Assembly (NCBI RefSeq): GCF_006345805.1
Contig: NC_043003.1
Location: forward strand, 2,418,001 to 2,482,000
Length of the DNA: 64,000 bases
Reading direction: 5' to 3'
DNA from: Octopus sinensis
Lineage: Eukaryota
Positions 12,396 through 25,136 of this stretch are shown piece after piece. The notes under the pieces are model-generated. The model made no database searches. It was not told the origin of the DNA and saw only the letters and a list, made by a program, of their open reading frames with translations. Numbering within the stretch: the stretch's first letter is position 1; the number at the start of each line of letters is the position of its first letter. Made by a program: the position numbers and the translations under genes.

Positions 12396-15341
12396 GTTTA
12401 GCGTCCGTTTTCCATGCTAGCATGGGTTGGACGGTTCTACTGGGGTCTGTGAAGCCAGAAGGCTTCATCAGGCCCAGTCAAATCTGGCAGTGTTTCTACG
12501 GCTGGATGCCCTTCCTAACGCCAACCACTCCGTGAGTGTAGTGGGTGCTTTTTACGTGCCACCCGCACTGGTGCCAGACAGAGCTGGCAAACGGTCACGA
12601 ACGGATGGTGCTTTTTATGTGCCACCGGCACAAGGGCCAGGCGAGGCTGGCAACGGTCACGAAACGGGGCGGTGCTGGCAACGGTCGCGAAAGGGAAGGT
12701 TCTCTTACATGCCACCGGCACTGGTAACACATCTGCAATTTCCATTGATCGATTTCCATTGATCGATTTCGATTCTGATCCTCACTTGCCTCAACGGGTC
12801 TTCACAAGCAGAGTTTTGACATGCCACCGGCACTGGTAGCACATCCGCAATTTCCATTGATCGATTTCGATTCTGATCCTCACTTGCCTCAACATGTCTT
12901 CACAAGTAGAGTTTTGTGTCCCAAGAAGGGAAGGTATGCATACGTAGGCTGGCTCCATCCCATGTAGAAGGCCACGGGTTATGGACTCACTTGTCCTGCC
13001 GGGTCTTCTCGCGCACAGCACACTTCCAGAGGTCTCGGTCTCTAGTCATTTCCTCAGTGAGACCTAAAGTTCGAAGGTCGTGCTTCACCACCTCGTCCCA
13101 GGTTTTCCTGGGTCTGCCTCTTCCACAGGTTCCCTCAACCGCTAGGGTGTGGCACTTTTTCACACAACTATCTTCATCCATTCTCGCCACATGACCATAC
13201 CAGCGCAAACGTCTCTCTTGCACACCACAACTGATGCTTCTTAGGTCCAGCTTTTCTCTCAAGGTACTTACACTCTACCGAGTATGAGTACTGACATGAC
13301 ACATCCATCAGATTATACTGGCTTCATTTCTTGCGAGCTTACGCATATCCTCAGCAGTCACAGCCCATGTTTCACTGCCATGTAGCATGGCTGTTCGTAC
13401 ACACGCATCATACAGTCTACCTTTTACTCTGAGCGAGAGGCCTTTTGTCACCAGCAGAGGTAATAGCTCTCTGAACTTTGCCCAAGCTATTCTTACTCTA
13501 GCAGTTACACTTTCAGCACACCCGCCCCCGCTGCTGACTTGGTCACCTAGGTAACGGAAATTATCAACTATTTCTAGTTTTTCTCCCTGGAAAGTGACGG
13601 AAGTTGGTCTCAGAGCATTTTCAGTGTTTATTGTTCCTGAGCATCTGCCACATACAAAAACTATCTTCCTAGTTAGCCTTCCTTTGACATTGCTGCACCT
13701 CTTATGTGTCCATAGCTTACACTTGGTGCATCTTATAGAGTTTCTACCTACACCTTTTCTACAGATCAAGCAGGGCCATCTACCTGAAGGCGTTTGTGAT
13801 TTGTCTACCTTCCTACTGATTACGACTTAGGTTTTAGCTAGATTGACTCTGAGGCCCTTCGATTCTAATCCTTGTTTCCACACCTGAAACTTCTCCTCCA
13901 GTTCTGATAGCGACTCAGCAATTAGAGCAAGGTCATCAGCATAGAGGAGCTCCCAAGGACATCCTGTCTTGAATTCCTCCGTTATTGCCTGGAGGACTAT
14001 GATAAATAGGAGGGGGCTGAGTACTGAGCCTTGGTGGACCCCTACCTCTACCCGGAATTCTTCACTGTACTCGTTTCCAACCCTCACCCTACTAGCAGCG
14101 TCCCTATACATGGCCCGCACAGCTCTCACTAACCATTCATCTATCCCTAGTTTCCTCATTTCCCACCAGATAAGGGATCGGGGGACCCTGTCGAAGGCTT
14201 TCTCCATGTCAACAAAAGCCAGGTACAGGGGCTTATCTTTGGCTAGGTATTTCTCCTGCAGCTGCCTTAACAGGAATATAGCATCAGTAGTACTTTTCCC
14301 TGGCACAAACCCAAACTGCATCTCATCTAAACTAACTCTCTCTCTAATTAGTTGGGCTATGACCCTCTCCGTAACCTTCATCACCTGATCCAACAGCTTG
14401 ATACCTCTGTAGTTATTTGTATCTAGGGCGTCACCTTTACCTTTGTAGCAGTTGACTATTATGCTGCTACACCAGTCATTGGGTATGACTCCTTCGTGTA
14501 TTACCTGGTTAACTATACGGGTGACTAGGCTATAGCCGACACTACCAGACATTTTGAGCATCTCTGCAGTGATTCCTGATGGGCCTGGGGCTTTCCCTGT
14601 CTTCATGCTTCTAATTGCCTTAGCTACCACGGAACTATCAACTCGGATAGCTGGTCCCTCTGTTGGGTCAACATTCGGCAGACTCTCTTTATCCCATTCA
14701 TTTTCTTTATTCAGCAACCTTTCATAGTGGCATCTCCAAACCTCTCTCTTTGCATCCTCATTTAGCGCAAGTGAACCATCTTCCATGCGAACACACTTCT
14801 CTCCTACCACATCACGATTCTCTCTCACACACTGTCTTGCAACGCGAAACACCTCCAGTCTTTGGTCCTCACGGCGCAGAACATTGGCAAATTTTTTCTT
14901 ATCTGCTTCCCCTCTGGCTAAATAAACCTGTCTCCTAGCTTCTCTTTTGGCAGTCTGATACAATTCCCTGCTACCCCCATTTTTCCAGACCTTCCAAGCC
15001 TGTCTCTTTTCTCTAATAGCCCTGTCTACAATATTGTTCCACCACCACGTTATTCTAGGTCGAGAGGGGACTTTGCACTAGCCACAGATCTGGTCAGTGG
15101 CTCTCAGCAGGTTGTCCCTTAGAAACGTCCAGTTGTCTTCTACCCCCTGTGATGCTCTATCCCCTTCTACTTTGTCAGAGGCTTCAAGTAATATGTCCCT
15201 AAATCTCTGTCCATTTGCAGGATCTTTAAGCTTCCAGATCCTTCTTCTCCATATTGGTCGTCTTCTGGTTGTCCTCCTAGTCCTGATCCTAAAGTCACTA
15301 ACTACCAGTCTATGTTGTGGGGTACATTCTTCACCTGGGAA
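12361..15341 (-). mobile_element. 5'-truncated LINE (RTE-like family B) with RT, PHD-like finger, long 3' UTR and (GAT)n tail
   Basis: ORFs 13827-14963, 13308-13769 and 12987-13262 give KAPGPSGI, NYRGIKLL, FVDMEKAFD, GVHQGSVLSP, LLYADD and CxxC..CxxC..HxxC..CxxC. A few stops and frameshifts. The 3' UTR ends GGACGCTAAAC(GAT)n. Confidence 0.93.
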
Positions 15342-15348
15342 GGTTTTG

Positions 15349-15480
15349 GTGGGTGGGTGGGTGGGTGGGTGGGTGGGTGGTGGGTGGGTGGGTGGGTGGG
15401 TGGGTGGATGGATGGATGGATGGATGGATGGATGGATGGATGGATGGATGGATGGATGGATGGATGGATGGATGGATGGA
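15349..15480. repeat. Compound (GGTG)n(GATG)n microsatellite; representative of many simple repeats
   Basis: Seen directly. Other tracts: (TA)n at 23165, 27330, 38790, 40868, 56340; (TG)n/(CA)n at 23541, 53275; (TATC)n at 54470; (AAT)n at 18955, 29785. Confidence 0.97.
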
Positions 15481-16749
15481 TATGTGTGTGTGTATGCATG
15501 TGTTTGCGGAGCACCTCCGAGACATCATACTTGACAGTGACACCCCGGGCTTGCCCCATTTCTGCTCTACCGGTCATTCATTATAACACCTGTCTGTGTT
15601 AGGATTGTCTTTGCACAGGGGCCATCTGGACTCCTGGCTTCACCTTAACAGGAATTAATCTTCTCTCTTCACTCCTTTACACCACATGGGTTCAACTCCC
15701 TTCCTCTCTTCATCTGACTCCCCTCCTCTTTCCTCTCTTCATCTGACACCTACTTCCTCTCTTCACTCCTACCCACCTCTCTTCTCTTGCTCTGACACAT
15801 ACTTCCTCCTTCATTGATACCCTCCACTCCCACATATCCAACCCTCCACCCACCTCACCCCCTCATCACACCACTCCACACACACTAGCACTGACCACTC
15901 CCCAGCACCTTCACCATACACCATTATCTGCACCACCCACACACCCTTACATTACAGACGTACACACTTACACACACACATCTGCACGTCAAAGTCACTA
16001 GCTCCTATCCACAGACACACACACACTTACACATTCTCACATACCCATGCACGAGTCCCTTCATTTTGGGATCCCCTTCTTTCTACCTCTTCTGTCAAAC
16101 CTTTTTTTCCCAACCAGTCGCCATGCTTGATCGCTAAATCCACAGGTTTTTTTCTATTCTCTCCCTGTTTATTTCCTCATGTTCCTTTCTGTTGAAGAGT
16201 GTAGGCTTGAAATGTAAAAGACTTTCTCACTTTCCAGAGTGTCAAACTAATACACCTGCTTGTTGTTCATACACCTGTCTTCGTCTTTTGTTTTCCTGTA
16301 AATTTCAACCATATATATATGTGTGTTTATGTATGTAAGATCAAGTATGTATGTGCGTATGTATGAAAAATAGTACTTGCAATCAAAACAGTATCAGACA
16401 TTTTGCAATGCTTGTTGTTGGAACCTGCCATGACAACTGAGAGAGAATGGTAAAAGTGTTGAACAAGCTTTTGGCACTTCATTTCTTGATCTGTTTTGTA
16501 TTTTATAAACTCCTTCGGTGATGGATGCACAGTGTGAAAAATGTCCAAGGTTTAAAGTAAATCACAACACACAGGCTAAATGTGAGACAGCTTTATACGA
16601 GTAATATATATTAAAATGGGGTAGTTTTGTGAAGCATTGTGAGGTATAATTTAAAGAATGTAGTTGTGTAAAGCCGGAACAATGTGATAAGGTATTAAGT
16701 AAAGTACTAAATGAAAAGAAAACAGAACCAGGTTGCAGTTTTGCCATGT

Positions 16750-16897
16750 ATTTCTATATTTCGGGGTGAAAATCTCTTCTTCAGGACATTTGGAAAAAAA
16801 GATGGTTTCAAAAGTTTGCTGCTCAGAACAAACTTTTTCCATCCACCACTTTTCTGAATGTCCTGAAGAAGGGGTTTTCACCTCCAAATATAAGAAT
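16750..16897. ncRNA. Two degenerate hammerhead-like motifs on opposite strands (16750-16789 minus, 16858-16897 plus)
   Basis: Minus: AUGUC CUGAAGA A GAGA-uuuuca-CCCC GAAA UA UA GAAAU. Plus: AUGUC CUGAAGA A GGGG-uuuuca-CCUC CAAA UA UA AGAAU. Confidence 0.5.
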
Positions 16898-17130
16898 ATA
16901 AGGTAAAAACTGCAACTTTATTCTGTTTTTTTTTTTCAATTTTATTTTATTGCATGTTCGACGTACGATATAACAGGATAATAATAATAATATCCTTGCA
17001 GACCGTTCTACTCAAGATACCCTCAACAATAAGCAACTCTTGGCTTTACTCTGCACCCAAGACTCTCTGTATATGTTCATTTATATTGTGGCACAGTCTA
17101 TCAGGAGCCAACCAATAGGGGTGTTCCACT

Positions 17131-17990
17131 TCATTATCATCATCATCATCGTCGTTCAAAGTCTGTTTTCCATGCTAGCATGGGTTGGATGGTTCAACCA
17201 GGGTTTGGGAAGCCAGGAGGCTGCACCAGGCTCCTGTCTGATCTGGCAGCGTTTCTACAGCTAGATGCTCTTCCTAACGCCAACCACTCCATGAGTGTAG
17301 TGGATGCGTTTTACGTGCCACTGGCACAGGGGCCAGAGCAGGCTGGCAATGGCCATGATCAGTTGGTGCTTTTTACTTGCCACCGGCACGGAAGCCAGAC
17401 AAGGCAGCGCTGGCATCGGCCACATTTGGATGGTGCTTTTTACGTGCCACTGGCATGGGGATCACAACTACAATTTCCATTTGATTTTTCATTTTGATGT
17501 TGATGTACTTGACTCAATAGGTCTCCTCAAGCACTGCAGGTTGCCCTACGATCCAAGATACTTTTGAATGGGCTGGGGCTGGTTATGTGATGTTGGTGTA
17601 GGTTACAGCTGTGAACTCACTTTATTTGCCAGGTCTTCGCAGTCACAGCATACCTCCAGAGGTCTCGGTCTTTCGTCATTGCCTCTGTAAGGCCCAACGT
17701 TCGAAGGTCATGCTTCACCACCTCATCCCAAGTCTTCCTGGGTCTAACCTCTACTCCGGATTCCTTCAACTGTTTGGGAGTGGCACTTCTTCACACATCT
17801 CTCCTCATCCATCTGTAGTACATGACCATACCAGCACAAACGTCTCTCTTGAATGCCACATCCAATGCTTCTTGTGTCCAACATTTCTCTTAGGGTGCTT
17901 ACACTCTGTCATGTGTGCACTCTGACATTACACATCCAGCGGATCATGCTAGCTTCATTTCTTTTGAGCCTACGCATGTCCTCCGCAGTC
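17131..17990 (-). mobile_element. LINE family B, older 3' fragment
   Basis: Diverged homology to the ORF end and 3' UTR of the 12361-15341 copy. Confidence 0.85.
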
Positions 17991-18142
17991 AAATTCTACA
18001 CAACAAATTTATAGTTTACTTTTCACCTTCTTGCATTGTTCCGGCTTTACACAACTACATTTTAAAAATTTGTAATATATATATTTTCACACTTTATGTT
18101 GCTGTTTTTATATATATATATATTTATATAATCTAAAATAAG

Positions 18143-18315
18143 GAAAAGGAAACCGTATTCCGGAACTTGGATTCTGCTGGAGCTAAATTAGATAATGAAA
18201 GGAAAAGACAAGCAGCACGTGTTGAAGAATTAAAGTCACGTACACGCCAGAACCAAAAGGACAATGCCCACAAAGCCAAGGAACTCATAGAAGAAGCAAA
18301 TAATCTATCCAAAGT
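18143..18315 (+). CDS. Unidentified coiled-coil-like gene, exon c
   Basis: aaataag|GAA AAG...AAA GT|gtaaga. Translates EKETVFRNLDSAGAKLDNERKRQAARVEELKSRTRQNQKDNAHKAKELIEEANNLSKV. The acceptor is weak, but phases fit both neighbours. Confidence 0.75.
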
Positions 18316-18875
18316 GTAAGAAATAATTCTATTCATTTTCTATGGTTTTTTTTAACCATTTTTGATTTGTCTCAGTTTGAAGCAAAAACTTAGAAATTTC
18401 TTTTAATTTTTCTCCATTTGAAATACTAAACTCACTAACTTGTAAAATGTGCCTACTATTTTGGTTCATAATATCATGGGCCTCTCTAAGGCGCTGATCT
18501 GGCAAAAATCATTGGTTCATCAAGCAAAATTTTGTCTGTCTTTATGTTCTGTGTTCAAATTCTGCTGAAGTTCACTTTACCTTCCATTCTTTCTGGATTG
18601 ATGAAATAAATACCAGTTGAACACTGGGGTCAATTTGATTGACTTGGCCCCACTCCCAAACCTGCTGGCCATGTACCAAAGTCGGAACCAATATCATAGA
18701 CCTCCCAGTAGTGAACTGGCAGAATTGTTAGCGTGCCGGGCAAAATGCTTAGCAACATTTTGTCTATATACAGTTCTATATTTATGAGAAGAGGAATTAT
18801 GTACATTATTTACATTATTTACATTTGATGGATATTTGTCTTCATCTTGTTTGTTGTTAGCACAATGTTTTGGCA

Positions 18876-19180
18876 TATGGCAGAGTGGTTAAGTGCGCGG
18901 GCTACTAACCCCAAGATTCCGAGTTCAATTCCAGGCAGTGACCTGAATAGTAATGATGATGATAATAATAATAATAATAATAGTAATAATAATGATAATA
19001 GTAATAATAATAATAAAATAATAATAATAACATCAAAAATACCTTAGGAATGAGAACCCAGGTTCAAAATTTCCCCAAGACACCTGATGAAGGCTGGAGG
19101 GTATATCAGCTGAAGCATTGTGTTAACAACAAACAAGATGAGGACAAATATCCGTCAATTGTAAATAATGTAAATAATTT
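18876..19180 (+). mobile_element. tRNA-headed SINE-like element with (AAT)n and a hammerhead-like tail
   Basis: A box TGGCAGAGTGG, B box GAGTTCAATTCC, (AAT)n at 18955-19030, hammerhead-like motif at 19079-19124. An inverted copy of the tail lies at 18805-18874. Confidence 0.72.
19079..19124 (+). ncRNA. Degenerate hammerhead-like motif in SINE tail
   Basis: GACAC CUGAUGA A GGCUG-gaggguauau-CAGCU GAAG CA UU GUGUU. Confidence 0.55.
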
Positions 19181-19954
19181 TGTCTATATGTTCTAAGTTT
19201 GAATTCTGCCAGGGTCAGCATTGCCGTTCGTCTTTTCGAGGGTGATAAAATAAGCACCTGTTGAGTACTGGGGTTGGTCTAATTGATTTGCTCACTCCTT
19301 TGGGCTTGCTGGTTTTGGGCCCCTCTCTAGGCAGGTCACTAGGACCCTCTGGACTGTCACTAACTCACAAAATGTATCAGCTACTTTAAATCCTAATATT
19401 AGCAGATCCATTGCAGGCTGTTTGGTCAAACTGGTCTGAAACAGGAACTGGAGTAGCGACGTTGTAGAAAGACTGTGATAAACCTGATTGACTGATTGAC
19501 TATTTGATTGAGCAATTAAGTAAATAGCTGATGAATTAATTGGTTAACCATTTAATGAATTGACTAATAATTCTTTCACTTTAGGCACAAGGCCTAAAAT
19601 TTGGTGGGAAGGGGCTAGTCAATTAGATTGACCCCAGTGGTCATCTGGTACTTATTTTATCAACCCTGAAAGGGTGAAAGACAAAGTCAACCTTGGTGAA
19701 TTTGAACTCAGAATGTAAAGATGGAGGGAATGTCAATAAGTATTTTGTTGAGTATGTTAACAATTCTGCCAGCTCATTGTCTTCAAAATTGACTAATAAT
19801 AATAATAAAAGAAGGGAAATAGAACCAGTGCATGTGTTTATTACTGGCCTAATGACCCTTTCAAGACAATAAAATATGTTTCAGCACTCAGTTTCACATC
19901 AAGAATCTTGCAAACCAAATTTAAAATTCAGAATTATTGTACTTCAGCTCCATT

Positions 19955-20186
19955 TTAACCCTTTCATTTCCAACCCAGCTAAAACTGCCTTTGGCTCTAT
20001 ATTACAAATGTCTTGTTTTCATAAGTTTTGAATTAAAATTTTCCACCAAACCTTAGTCACAATTTATGTTCCTAACACTAGCTTAATGATAACTAAGTTA
20101 TTTTACTAAATTCTTTGTTATATTTAAAGTAATTGAAAGAAACTCCTCAGAGCATCTCAGCAGAAATATGGTAATGAAAGAGTTAA
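19955..20186. mobile_element. TTAA-flanked MITE, copy 3 (opposite orientation)
   Basis: Reverse complement of copy 1, with TTAA at both ends. Confidence 0.82.
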
Positions 20187-20262
20187 TAGATTTGTTTCAG
20201 ATCTGAAACATTTTATTGGAAACTTTGTTTTTCATAATTTTTTTTTATATTTTTCTTTTTAG

Positions 20263-20446
20263 GTTAGATAAATGTAAAATTGAACAGCAAGAAAAAGTGA
20301 AAGAAATTGTGGAGAACAAAAGGAAAAAATTCACAGATTCTACAGCCGGGGCACAAACTATATTTGTAGTATCAGGAGACAATCCAACGGGCGGCAACAA
20401 TAATAATCCTGGCAACCATGGAGTTCCTGAAATTGGGAAATTCTAA
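20263..20446 (+). CDS. Unidentified coiled-coil-like gene, terminal coding exon
   Basis: Strong polypyrimidine tract and ag|G TTA GAT. Translates LDKCKIEQQEKVKEIVENKRKKFTDSTAGAQTIFVVSGDNPTGGNNNNPGNHGVPEIGKF*. Phase 2 matches exon c. Confidence 0.8.
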
Positions 20447-20809
20447 AGACATTCGTATGGTTTAATGTTATTCTTTCAGTTGTATATAAAGACTTTTCTT
20501 TTGTTCCTTAGCCCCAATACGATTAGTTTAAACAAACTCCCAATCAACTCTGTTGCTAATGACAACAACAACAATAATAATATTCACCATTTTCTTTGTA
20601 AAGAACGAGAGAACCCCAAACAATGGAGCTTGCATCACTTTTCAGGGATACCCTTCCTATCTTTTTTTGTTATCTCTTACATGTTTCACTCATCGGACTA
20701 CGGCCATGCTGGGGCACCACGTTTAAGGGTTTTACTTAAACAAATCAACCCCAGTACTTATTCTGTTGGCCTCTATTCCCGGATACTTTCATCAATGCTG
20801 GGAGGGACC

Positions 20810-20852
<43 letters not shown>

Positions 20853-21902
20853 TGGGTTTCCTCACAGAGTTTGTCTACCAAATTCATTAACAAGGCATTG
20901 GTCAGCCTGGGGCTGGCACTTGCCCAAAATGCCATACAGTGGTATTGAACCCAGAACCAGGAGGTTGCAAAGTGAGCTTCTTAAGCAGGGCTGTGCTTAG
21001 ACACATCCATGTCTGTCTCTGTACAGAACAGTCCCTGTAACTTAGTGGTTTGACAAAAGGAGACTGATAAAACAAAGTACTGGGGTCAATTTTTTTGACT
21101 AAACTCTTCAAGGTGGTGCCCCAACATGGCCACAGTCCAATCACTGAAACAAGTAAAAGATAGTTTGTTAATGAGGCTCTGCTTCTCCTTCATTTTGTCT
21201 CCTTTGGTGTTCCTCGTGGTTTGGTTTAAGTCCCCACACCTTTCTCTTATCACAATAACAACCGTTCCACAATTATTTCTAACCATTCATATTCCTGGAT
21301 CGTGCATCTCATTCTTTCTTGAACTTCTGCAGACAACCGTCAACCACACACAACTCAAACACCTCACATGAAATTTGAAAAACTTTTCATGAATGGATAG
21401 CGGGCTCCTCCCCATGTCATATAGATTCCCTGGGGCTAGTTACCTTGATTTCTGTTGCATATATATTCTGACCCCCACCTGGATGGGATGCTGGTCTGTT
21501 GCAGAATTACTCCTTTTTGCCAGCTGAGGGAACTGGAATAACATGAAATACAATGCATCATCTGGTCCAGGAATTGAAACCGCAATCTTACGATCATGAG
21601 TCTGACACCCTAACCACTAAGCCACGCGCCTCCCCTTTTATGAATGGAAACTTTGATTGCTTCCTGCTTGAAATAGGAGCAGTTTGATATTTCTCTCTTC
21701 AATGTTACCAATAATGTTGGAAGCTGCTTCATCAACATGAGAATATGTGGAAAAAAGGAGAAAGTTAATAAAAGCATCATTTATGTGATGCAGAAGTGTA
21801 AGAGAATTACATAAAAAAAAAAAAAAATGAAGCTGAGTCAAATATACATTCAAGTGGGGTATTTTCGTCTCCTTACATCAACCTATGAGGGACCTGTATA
21901 AA

Positions 21903-22333
21903 TCATTAGGGATGTTTCTCGGGGCTCATTAAGTGTTTTGGGTCTTTCAACAATCAGTAATCTCCACCCCGGTGACCAAGGAAGGTATCATCAAGCCACA
22001 GCTTGTGTCCAGTTTGCACAATCCACAAGTAGCACTGCCCATTCTGGAGCATTCAACTCCTGATCCGCAGCCACCCTGAAACAACCTCTGCTTCTCCAAC
22101 AGTCAACCTGATGGCCCTCTCCCTCCTTGTCCCTGTGATGCCAAGCAGGTTGTAAGCTCTGCACAGGGACCCACCATGATGGGACCACATCCTACATGGC
22201 ACTCATTGCTGTGGCACAGCTCCACCAGCTCAGCAGGCTTTTGCTATTGTAAGTAAACCCCAGCAGCTGGCATCTTCTTCATGTCAGCCCTGACAAAAGC
22301 GATAAACTTCTTTGTTGGACAAATTTGTATCTC
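21903..22333 (-). mobile_element. Hero-like (restriction-like endonuclease) non-LTR retrotransposon 3' end
   Basis: ELVELCHSNECHVGCGPIMVG / GSLCRAYNLLGITGTRRERAIRLTVGEAEVVSGWLRIRS* (stop 22053-22055). 3' UTR ...TTGTTGAAAGACCCAAAACAC... Resembles the recalled Hero C-terminus. Confidence 0.62.
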
Positions 22334-23163
22334 ATAATTCAATGAATAAGTTTTTTATAATTATATAGCCATTGCCGGTTGGTATGATGGTATGGTGGTA
22401 GTCAGTCATTAACAAAATACAGTTGTGAGGTGGAAAGCTGGCAGAATTGTTAGCACACCGAGCAAAATACTTAACAAGATTTTGTCTGTCTTTACGTTCT
22501 GAATTCAAAGTCTGCCAAAGTAGGCTTTGCTTTTCGTACTTTCAGGGTCAATAAAATAATTACCTTTTGAGCTGATGTAATTGACTTTCCCCAAATTGCT
22601 GGCCTTGTGCCTAAATTTGAAACCAAAGCAATAGAGCCATGACTTGGCTTCGTTTACCGTTTAGGACCATTTTCAATGAAGTAGGGAAGTGCAAGGGTGA
22701 GGCTGCAGTGCAAGAGATGTATGAAGACTGCAAACTCTAACTGCTACTGGAAACCATTGCCATTATAAGTAAGAAGTAGATTTTAATGACTTACAAGGAG
22801 AATGTTAAAAACATGTAACAAATACAAGACTGCAAAGACATAACGAACAGAATAACGATTGGGGACAAATGTATTTATTTCTATAGATTATAGATTTTTA
22901 TCTATTGTATATTATCAACTTGTAAAATAAATTAAATATTTTTAGAATATAATTAGTTTTGTTGATCATGCTGTAAAAATATAAATTATAAAGAATAAAG
23001 AATGAAATATTAGAAAAATATGTTTTCGTTATTAAAATAAATAGTAAAAGAAGAATGTGCAAAAAAGTTGTTTTATTCTGTTTGCGAAAGTAATTTTCTG
23101 TAATTTCAATGTTTCAACTGAGAAAACACTTCTATTGCTCACTTGATAAAATAAATCTATTGA

Positions 23164-23207
<44 letters not shown>

Positions 23208-23343
23208 TTCAGTAAAATTTAGATTCAGTTGAATATAGTCTGGGTATCCTTGTTGCTTATTTTGATTATATATGTATGTATGTATATATATTAAAACATG
23301 AGGATAGGTGGCAAAATACAAACATGTAGGTATATATATATGT

Positions 23344-23388
<45 letters not shown>

Positions 23389-23528
23389 TATATAAGCAAG
23401 ATATATATATATATGAAGAGAAGGGAAGAAGATAGAAACTATCTGTCTCCTAACGTGTTGAAAAATACGTTTTCAAAAAACATCTATATATTTCCTGATT
23501 CAAAATTCAGCTTTTCCTCCCTTCTCTT

Positions 23529-23598
<70 letters not shown>

Positions 23599-25136
23599 GT
23601 GTGTGTGTGTGTGCGTGTGTGTGTGTGAGTGTGTGTGTGTATGCATGAATGTGTGTGTGTGTGTTTATGTGTGGCTGGTTTTAGACTTATTGCACCACAA
23701 TAACTGCACAGTGTGCACAGCCACTCCATCGATAAACTGCAGAACTGGAAATGCAATGTACTGTATGAGGTGCAGGGGAAGACACTTTTAAGGGCATTAC
23801 TGAAACCTGTATAGGAGAAATGACCCTCAGTTTATGTGAAAGACGTGTAGATCACTGGTGAGAATCTGGTGTAAAGAAGTAAATATTTGTCATCTCTCAA
23901 CATTCCACAAAGAATCTCAAAGGCTTCACAAAAACTGTTGAACTAAAAATTGTTCTCATTAATCCAAAATATCCAACATTTAGACAAATGCAAACGCTAT
24001 TGAGCAGCTCCAAACACACAATTTGAGTTTTGTTTTACCTGTGCAATACTTTTGCACATCAGTGGATAAATTTTATGCTATTTCTATACATACTTCTGGT
24101 TGTTGGGTGTTGCAAGTTGTTTTGGAAGTGGAAGAGTGTGTAACAAGGATGAGCAGAAATAACCACAAAATATCAGTGTCTCTCATTCTTATTCACTTCT
24201 GGAGCAATTTTTGTTTTGCTTAGTTTTGAAGTATTTTGCGTTTTTAAATGGATCTTCCCCTTGAATAAAACACATTAAGTATGTGCTCTTGATAATTTTT
24301 ACATAACTGAACTTATTCTAACATACAGTTTTCATATATTCTTTAACTTGTTTCAGTCATTTGACTGTGGCCATGCTGGAGCACCGCCTTTAGTCGAGCA
24401 AATCGACCCCAGGACTTATTCTTTGTAAGCCTAGTACTTATTCTATCGGTCTCTTTTGCAGAACCACTAAGTTACAGGGATGTAAACACACCAGCATGCT
24501 GGAAGGACAAGCACAGACACACAAACATATACACACACATACATATATATAGGGAGAATTCACAAAAAGAAACAAAAGACGAAGACAGGTGGTGTAGACA
24601 ACAAACAGATGTATTAGTATAATGCTCGGGAAGTGAAAATGTCTTTAACGTTTCAAGCCTATGCTCTTCCACAGTAAGGAACAAGGAGAGAAAATAAAGA
24701 ATGTGTAGTGGCTAGCGATCTATCAAGGTGAATGCTGGACAGAAGGGTCACACAGGAGAGGTAGGGAGAAGGGGAGATAATAAAGTAATGTAATAAAGTA
24801 ATGACAAACTTCTTTCAGTTTCCACTCACAAGGCTTTGGTCAGTCCAAGAGGCTATGGTAGAAGACACTTGCCCAAGGTTCCACACAGTGGGACTGAACC
24901 CGGAACCATGTGGTTGGTAAACAAGCTACTTACTACACAGTCACTCCTGTGCCTAGTAGCCACTCCTGCGCCTAGTAGCCACTCCTGTGCCTATATATAG
25001 TTAATTCAAGGAAGTGAAGTCCTCATTAGGGATTATATAATCCAAGGTATTCCACTGCTTTAAATGGATGTATAAAGAATTTATTTGTATGTTATAAAAT
25101 GAAAAAAATTTCTTTAAAAAACTGAATAAAAACTAC

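Noticed and set aside
22900-23155. Polyadenylation signal for the coiled-coil gene
   Set aside because: Several AATAAA hexamers occur in very AT-rich DNA, and none can be singled out without transcript data.
24942-24993. 19-bp unit repeated ~2.7 times at a SINE head
   Set aside because: Most simply a local slippage duplication, with no sign of function.
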